A stretch of DNA of 64,000 nucleotides from Chrysomallon squamiferum. Its lineage: Eukaryota > Animalia > Mollusca. A program made the position numbers and the translations under genes. Below, piece by piece: positions 58,227 to 64,000 of this stretch (positions are counted from its first letter, which is position 1; each line of letters opens with the position of its first letter). The DNA lies in the NCBI GenBank assembly GCA_012295275.1, contig CM022665.1, positions 5,022,001 to 5,086,000 of the forward strand, in the 5' to 3' direction. The notes beneath the pieces are model-generated. The model was not told the DNA's origin, searched no databases, and saw nothing but the letters and a program-made list of their open reading frames with translations.

Positions 58227-58987
58227 TAAATGAAAAGAAATACTGATTAGGTATTTAATTATGTAATTTTGTAATATCCAGAAAATAAAATTGGTATAGT
58301 CATTAGAGCACTGTCCTGAAACACAGCTAGCTGTTTCCAGTTCCAATTAGTGTGCTTTAATTTGGTGTGTGAAAGATCGATATGGTTGTTTTACTATCTG
58401 TGAAAATATATAAAAATACTCTGGTGCTAAACTGATAAGTCTAGACCTTGAAGTGGTGTGAATTTACTCTTTTATATTACTGTACAAAAGACAGTGTTTT
58501 CGACTTTATAATTATCAAATGAGATTAAATTAATATACTCAACATGTAGAGAACTATAGCAATTCTCTCATTAACATTTATTTAATATTAATTATTATTT
58601 TTTTTTTTTTCCCCTATTTTTCTTGTTTTACTATTTCTCTAGCACATAAATGATATCAGTTTATCAATACCACTGGAAGACACACTGAAGAAGGCAGAAG
58701 GTATCTACCTTCAGCTGAAGGCTTTCAAGAAACTTCCACCTGCAGTGAAAGAAATCCTTGGCCTCACAATAACACCACAGAGTTCCTCATCCAGTTCAAC
58801 CATGACCACGCCAGCAACCACACCATTAAACCCAGACACAAATTCTCGACTAGACTTAGCACTGATGCAGAACTGTAATGGTAATGGCGGTTCAGGAAAA
58901 GGAAGTGTTGTGACAACACCTGATGACAGTAGTATTGAAATATTGACAGAAACCGGAGATGCAAGTGTGCCGAGTTATGTTCACTGA
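45082..58987 (+). CDS. TBC1D15: TBC1 domain family member 15/17 (Rab GTPase-activating protein); exon 9 appears damaged in this sequence
   Basis: Exons 45082-45099, 47642-47743, 48153-48291, 48967-49180, 49721-49832, 53469-53663, 54136-54264, 54687-54790, 55244-(donor not found; similarity ends about 55310), 55828-55944, 56369-56469, 56685-56784, 57270-57367, 57913-58029, 58643-58987. Motifs YPALHFHAGG, KDPYVTTMGSFSKVTN, LIR-like EPGFEVV, IFRGG, EVWKFLL, YFRMKLQWK, KDVTRTDR, YNFDLGYVQGMSDLLSP, FCFRW, FKREF, RLWE, GFTEILKHIN. Confidence 0.93.
50724..50741 (+). CDS. Candidate 18-nt microexon of TBC1D15 (QLSVTV; 15-nt LSVTV via NAGNAG)
   Basis: TTTTTTCTTCTTCTGCTTCTAG|CAG CTT TCT GTT ACA GTG|GTACAT; phase 0/0 like the host intron; TGCATG 25 nt downstream. 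Confidence 0.35.
51202..51228 (+). CDS. Candidate 27-nt microexon of TBC1D15 (KWQYGNRYQ)
   Basis: TTATTTTTGCTTCATTGCAG|AAA TGG CAA TAT GGG AAT AGA TAT CAA|GTAGGT; no stop, phase 0/0 matching flanking exons 49721-49832 and 53469-53663. Confidence 0.6.
52175..52285. repeat. (CAT)n/(ATT)n microsatellite
   Basis: Directly visible; source of the poly-Ile ORF 52114..52308. Confidence 0.95.
54301..54354. repeat. (GTT)n microsatellite
   Basis: Directly visible; source of the poly-Val ORF 54192..54380. Confidence 0.95.
57525..57632. repeat. Compound (GT)n/(GATA)n/(TA)n microsatellite
   Basis: Directly visible. Confidence 0.9.
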
Positions 58988-61900
58988 GGAGAACAGAAAA
59001 AAAAATTGTGATTTTTGTGACATTTTTTTTTTTTAAACATTTACAAAATACGTGTAAAAAAAAAAAAAAAATTGGACAAGGGGGGGCGATGTTGTTTTGT
59101 TTATCATTTTTTTAATGGTGATAAGTTTCATGTTTGAAAAAACAAAATTGATCCTCAGATGTTTTAGTGAAATGTTTATGTATGTAGTGAAAATGTTAGC
59201 CTGTAGGTTGATGGAAAACTAATTATCTGTTATTTCTTTCAGAGTTACAACAGAATTAAAAAAATAAAATATGCATACATACAAATTTAAAATGCAAAAT
59301 GTCAGGCTTTAATACAGTCGAGTTCAAAGAACAGGAGATAACAATATATTTTGGATGATGACAAAGCCTTAATGTGAATGTATCTGCTGGCCATTCAGTA
59401 ATTGCTGACAATGGCCTTCAGTTAATGGAAGTGAACTGCTTATAAAATTATGGAAATGGTGGTGGAAGTGATAAATTATAATTTTGTGAGCATAAATTTG
59501 AAAAGCAATGTTTTTGATATCATAAAATATTCAGTGTTTAAACTGGTTTTATCAAAAGAAAACTATTTGTAAAATTTTATTTTGTTATCTTAATTAGATA
59601 CAGAATACTCTTAAAACATTCCTTAATTATTATTATTATTAAGTACAATGGTAAAATAAATATATAATAAAAATATCTTTTTCACTTTATTCTGAAAACC
59701 TGCACAAACTGAGTCAAAAAGTAATTTCATTTGTTTAAATTAATCCAGTATTTTCTGCTCTATGTTTTCCCTTTCCAGGGTTTCTACTTAAGATTATCTT
59801 GAAGTATTACAGTACTTTTTTATATAAACATTTGGAGTATTCAAAGATTTTTTGTTCAGAGAGATGCATTAGTAATGCTGTTCTGTTCTAAATAAAAACC
59901 ACTTAAAAACTGTGAGCTAGTTCTTTTGAAACTAAAATAAATGTATTGTTTTATAAACAAATACTTCAGTTGTGCTGAATTATTAGTGTATTTCTTTGGA
60001 AAATGTTTTCATATCTAAGAAACAGTTAATTTAATATTTTGTCAAGAACCAAGAGTCAGAAAAGTTTTAACTTACATGTTGAGTAAGAGAAATAAATGGA
60101 TGGAAGCAGTTTCTAATTCTGACCAGTTTATAAACCAAAGCTAATAATTAATTTTTGTGATGTTTTTTCTGTTTAGACATTTTTTATAGTGTTGATTTTC
60201 CTCAGTGAACTATGCATATGATTTTTAGATAATAAACTATAACAATTTAGTTAATATATACTTTATAATATTTTTCTGTTTTTGTTAAAGCTATTTTGAT
60301 TTCACTGTTGATGTATTAATTAGTTTTGGATGAAATTCATAAACCAAGTTATATATTATCATTTTAGTTTAAATAATTTGTGATGCAAGAGATTCATGTA
60401 CTGATTAACAGAGTTATTGATTCTATAATGCAAACTTCGTGAATATGAATAGGAATTTGATGTTGCATTTAATATATTAATCTTTGCCTATTTATGTTGT
60501 CGCAGATGATTTTGTGGAGATTTATCTTGTTATGTATTCAATTTAGACTGTTTTCCTTCCATAATAAGGTCTTGTTTATTGTTATAATATAAACCAGAAT
60601 GTGCCATTATGGTGTTAATATTTTGTTGATGTGTTTTTCATTAAAATGTGTGAGAATATTCTTACTGTTTATGATGTAGACAACTGTTTATGTTTTTGGA
60701 TTTTTTTTTTTTTTTTTTCCAGTATGCTTTTAAATATTGAAGGATAAATTTACGAAGCTTGTTTTTGTGAAACACAGGTATGTAAGTACTGTAGATATAT
60801 GTAGTTACATGCATATAAAGATCAAAGTAGGCTTGAAAATTTGGCTCTTAAAGGTAACCTATGTTTGCAGTGATTATTCCAATTGGTTATTTCTGCTTTT
60901 ATTTATTGCTTGTCTTTTTTTTTTTTTTTTTTTTTAATTAATTTTCATTTAGATGTGCAATAGATCCACAATTTAAATTTAATTTATACATGTTATTGTT
61001 ATTATCAGTGTATTAAAAATATTTTCAGGATTTGTTTCTTGCAGTCTTTACATCATCAGCAGTTAATTGGTATGTAGTGTTTGGTAAAAAGATATCTTAA
61101 ATGAGTTGGCTATGTATTATCTTATCAGTCATTTTTAACTGGATTCTGTGACTGGTCACGTAAATGTATTGCATTTCCTTTTCCATCAGTTTTTATAGAT
61201 AATGGAAATTATTAAGTAATGCTACAATTCTTTTTTCAGTTTAAGTTGTCAGAATGTTTTCATTAAGCATCAGTGTTGAAGTAAATGGTTAAAAAAAATT
61301 AACATGAACTTTGCTACATTATGGATAATGTATATTATTAGCACTGGACTTGTGAATGATAAATGGTGGTAGGTTTTGTGATTGCTTGCAAAATAAAGAT
61401 TTATTTTTGTCAGATCCAAAACTAATGTTAGGACAATTTTGGCAGGTAATATTTGATATGCACAAAATGTACTGTGATGTTTGAAATTAACCATTAAGTA
61501 AAACAGAATCTTTGAAATTAACCAATGATAGAGACAAAATAATGCAAAAAGAACCAAGATGAAGACTGAATCTGAACCACAATACTCCAGGCTTATTTAG
61601 CCTTCAGACAGTTCATTCAGAAGAGGATATAGATATACTTACTGCATGGGGTCCTGGATCAACAGACTGGTTAAAGCAAAATCTGTAATACTTTATGTAG
61701 ATAAACAGAATATTTTTTAGTATTATTATTAACTTTTATTTTTTTTTATTTCCTTATTTTTACTCTCCATAATATTATATGGCATTATATGCCATATATT
61801 GTTTAACATAATGTTGCTATGCAACAATTAATCCATGTATGTATGCTTGAATTCAAGAGATAAAACCAAGCAGTAACAATTATAAAAGCCACTGATAGTC

Positions 61901-62756
61901 CAGAACTTCTTCACACTGTAAAAATTACAAATGGGTATTTTAAATTTATTTTTTAATTAATAATTCGATATTGTTGGTGCTGCCTATAGTAACAAACTTG
62001 TACCATTTATACTAATTTATTTCATTTAATCATTTAATGCTCTTAATATTTGTTTAACTATAGTAGTGTATGGTCCTTTAGAGAGATATGGGAGATAAAC
62101 TATTATTCTGTGACATCATTTTGGTCTGGAAAGGTTTTTGAACCTAGGGTTTTGAAAAATTGGTGATATAACTGTATAATCATTTGTTGTCTGTAGTTTT
62201 CATATATGAGAACTCAGTAAATCTTTTTTTTATTATTAATATATATATATATTTTATTTCTATTTTTATTTTTGTTTTTATTTTATTTTTATTTTGTACA
62301 TGGAATCTTGTACATGATACTTCAAGCATCATATTAATATGTTAAACTCATTGCAAGACTGTCTTCTAAGAAAAATAAATATCTTAAAAGAGTTTATAAT
62401 ACCAAGTTGAAGAATATTATTCTTATTTTTGGTTTTTTCATTTTGTCCAAGGTTTGAGAGTACTCTGATAAAACCACATGTTGTTTGTAAATTTACTTTA
62501 TATAAATATATTAAAAAAAAAAATTGTTTTTCTTTTATATTTCCCTTAATGTTCTTATTTTTGTGCCAATGAACATGTTTGTTATATTTTGTTATTTTAA
62601 TTATAAAGATCCACTCTTTTTGAAAAATTCTATTCTGAAAACATTTGAAGTGACTTATGAAAATTATAAGTAAAGAGAAAGTTATATTAAACTTATTAAA
62701 AAGGAACTGATTTGGATAAATTAGACAAATTCTCATTTATGTTAAATTTAATTAGA

Positions 62757-62788
<32 letters not shown>

Positions 62789-64000
62789 TTTAAGTTTATT
62801 TTTATTTTATTATTATTAATTTTATTTTTAATACTCTTATTTTTTTATGTACTGCTAGTTTTAAAATACAATACAGAAAATGTGATTCCTTAATCAAAAT
62901 AATACTAAATTAAATTTGTTTAATACATTGGAAAATTGATTTTGGTTTTTAGCTGAGTAAGATGTTTTGTGTTTCAGTGCGTGTTTAGGATTGGGTTTCT
63001 TTACGGGTGTATGTGTGCGTGTGTACAAGTGTAACTTTCATAAAAGTTTTTTTTTTAAATTTTATTTTTTAGGGAGGATGGGAGGGGTGCATTGAACAAG
63101 TCATGGGAGGAGTATCTTGTGAAAAACCGCTTCAAGAATTATTTTGTTATTGTTTGTTTTGTTTTGGTTTACCACACCCACTACTATAGCAGAACAGCTA
63201 TGTTACAACCGTTACCACAATACATGCATTCCACAGCTTGCACAAATATATAGACATAGATATATATATATATATATATATATAAATATTATATACTTTT
63301 TTTTTTTTTTTTTTTTTTTTTTATATGACTTTTTGTTCTTCAGAAAAGTAATTCAGTCTGATCTTTACAATTAATGTATTAATGAAACAACTATAAATGT
63401 TTAGTTTTTGTTCATAATGAAATTTTCAGATCTTTGGTGTTGTATTTATTCATTGTATTGTCACTTGTTAATTAATGATCTCATGTCATTAAGAAAATGA
63501 AGCTTTTCTATTAGAAATCAAATTTACTATACTAGATGAATTTTCTAATAAATGAAATCTCAAAATAAAAGATTGAAATAAAAATATTTTTAATTTAATT
63601 AAAGATCAGTAAAAGTTCATTATGAAAACGTTAATAAATTATTTATAAATGGAAGAAAGATTTGATGTAATTTTTTAAAATAAATAAAGTGAAGGAGGTG
63701 CTGGAGATTATTTTAGACCTTAGATGTCTTTTATTTATATTTTGTAGTATATAGACTGTCACAAATAAATCACCAACAGTTAAATAAATAAAAGACCTAC
63801 AGTTGACATCGTAGTTACTGAAGACAGAAATTCTGTTTTTGTTTTTTAATTTGTTTATATTTTGCTGGTTTTCATGTAACATCAGTGATCTGATTCAATA
63901 TATTTCTTGTCAGTTTGGTGATAGCTGACATAATGGCAGCAAATCTTAACAATATTTGTTTTCTCAAACATTTTTAGATACCTTTATCAAATTAAACTCT

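Noticed and set aside
61542-61688. ATG...TGA...open frame as a possible selenoprotein read-through
   Set aside because: No redox-motif context around the TGA, no recognisable SECIS, and no similarity to known selenoprotein families.
59000-64000. Additional protein-coding gene at the right end (ORFs 61270-61557, 62329-62736, 63643-63882)
   Set aside because: The ORFs are F/I/K/N/L-rich products of AT-rich sequence, with no phase-consistent exon chain or known motif.

Overview
Very AT-rich, intron-rich animal genomic DNA, probably a gastropod mollusc; that guess rests on protein look, compact introns and SINE-like fragments. It is not prokaryotic: no operons, rRNA, intact tRNA or CRISPR. I built five multi-exon genes by hand from splice sites and phase matching, in strictly alternating orientation. 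(1) The 3' part of a C2H2 multi-zinc-finger gene (+, <1-5259). (2) TMTC3 O-mannosyltransferase (-, 22872-10233, 20 coding exons). (3) TFIP11 (+, 26812-36510, 16 coding exons, one GC-AG intron). (4) RAB21 (-, 44630-40483, 6 exons). (5) TBC1D15/17 RabGAP (+, 45082-58987). The best leads follow. RAB21 and TBC1D15/17 sit head-to-head 451 bp apart on a mirror-symmetric promoter, and the same two genes are neighbours in human. Two in-frame candidate microexons (18 and 27 nt) with UGC/RBFOX/QKI motifs lie where human TBC1D15 has an alternative exon. TBC1D15 exon 9 lacks its conserved 3' end and splice donor just before the catalytic IxxDxxR motif. TMTC3 has a duplicated decoy splice acceptor that leads straight to a stop, plus an overlapping uORF. 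Several TIR-bounded non-autonomous transposons are present. I found no wholly new gene system. Most short ORFs in the supplied track are artefacts of microsatellites and AT-rich introns. Homology statements come from recalled family knowledge, not from database searches.
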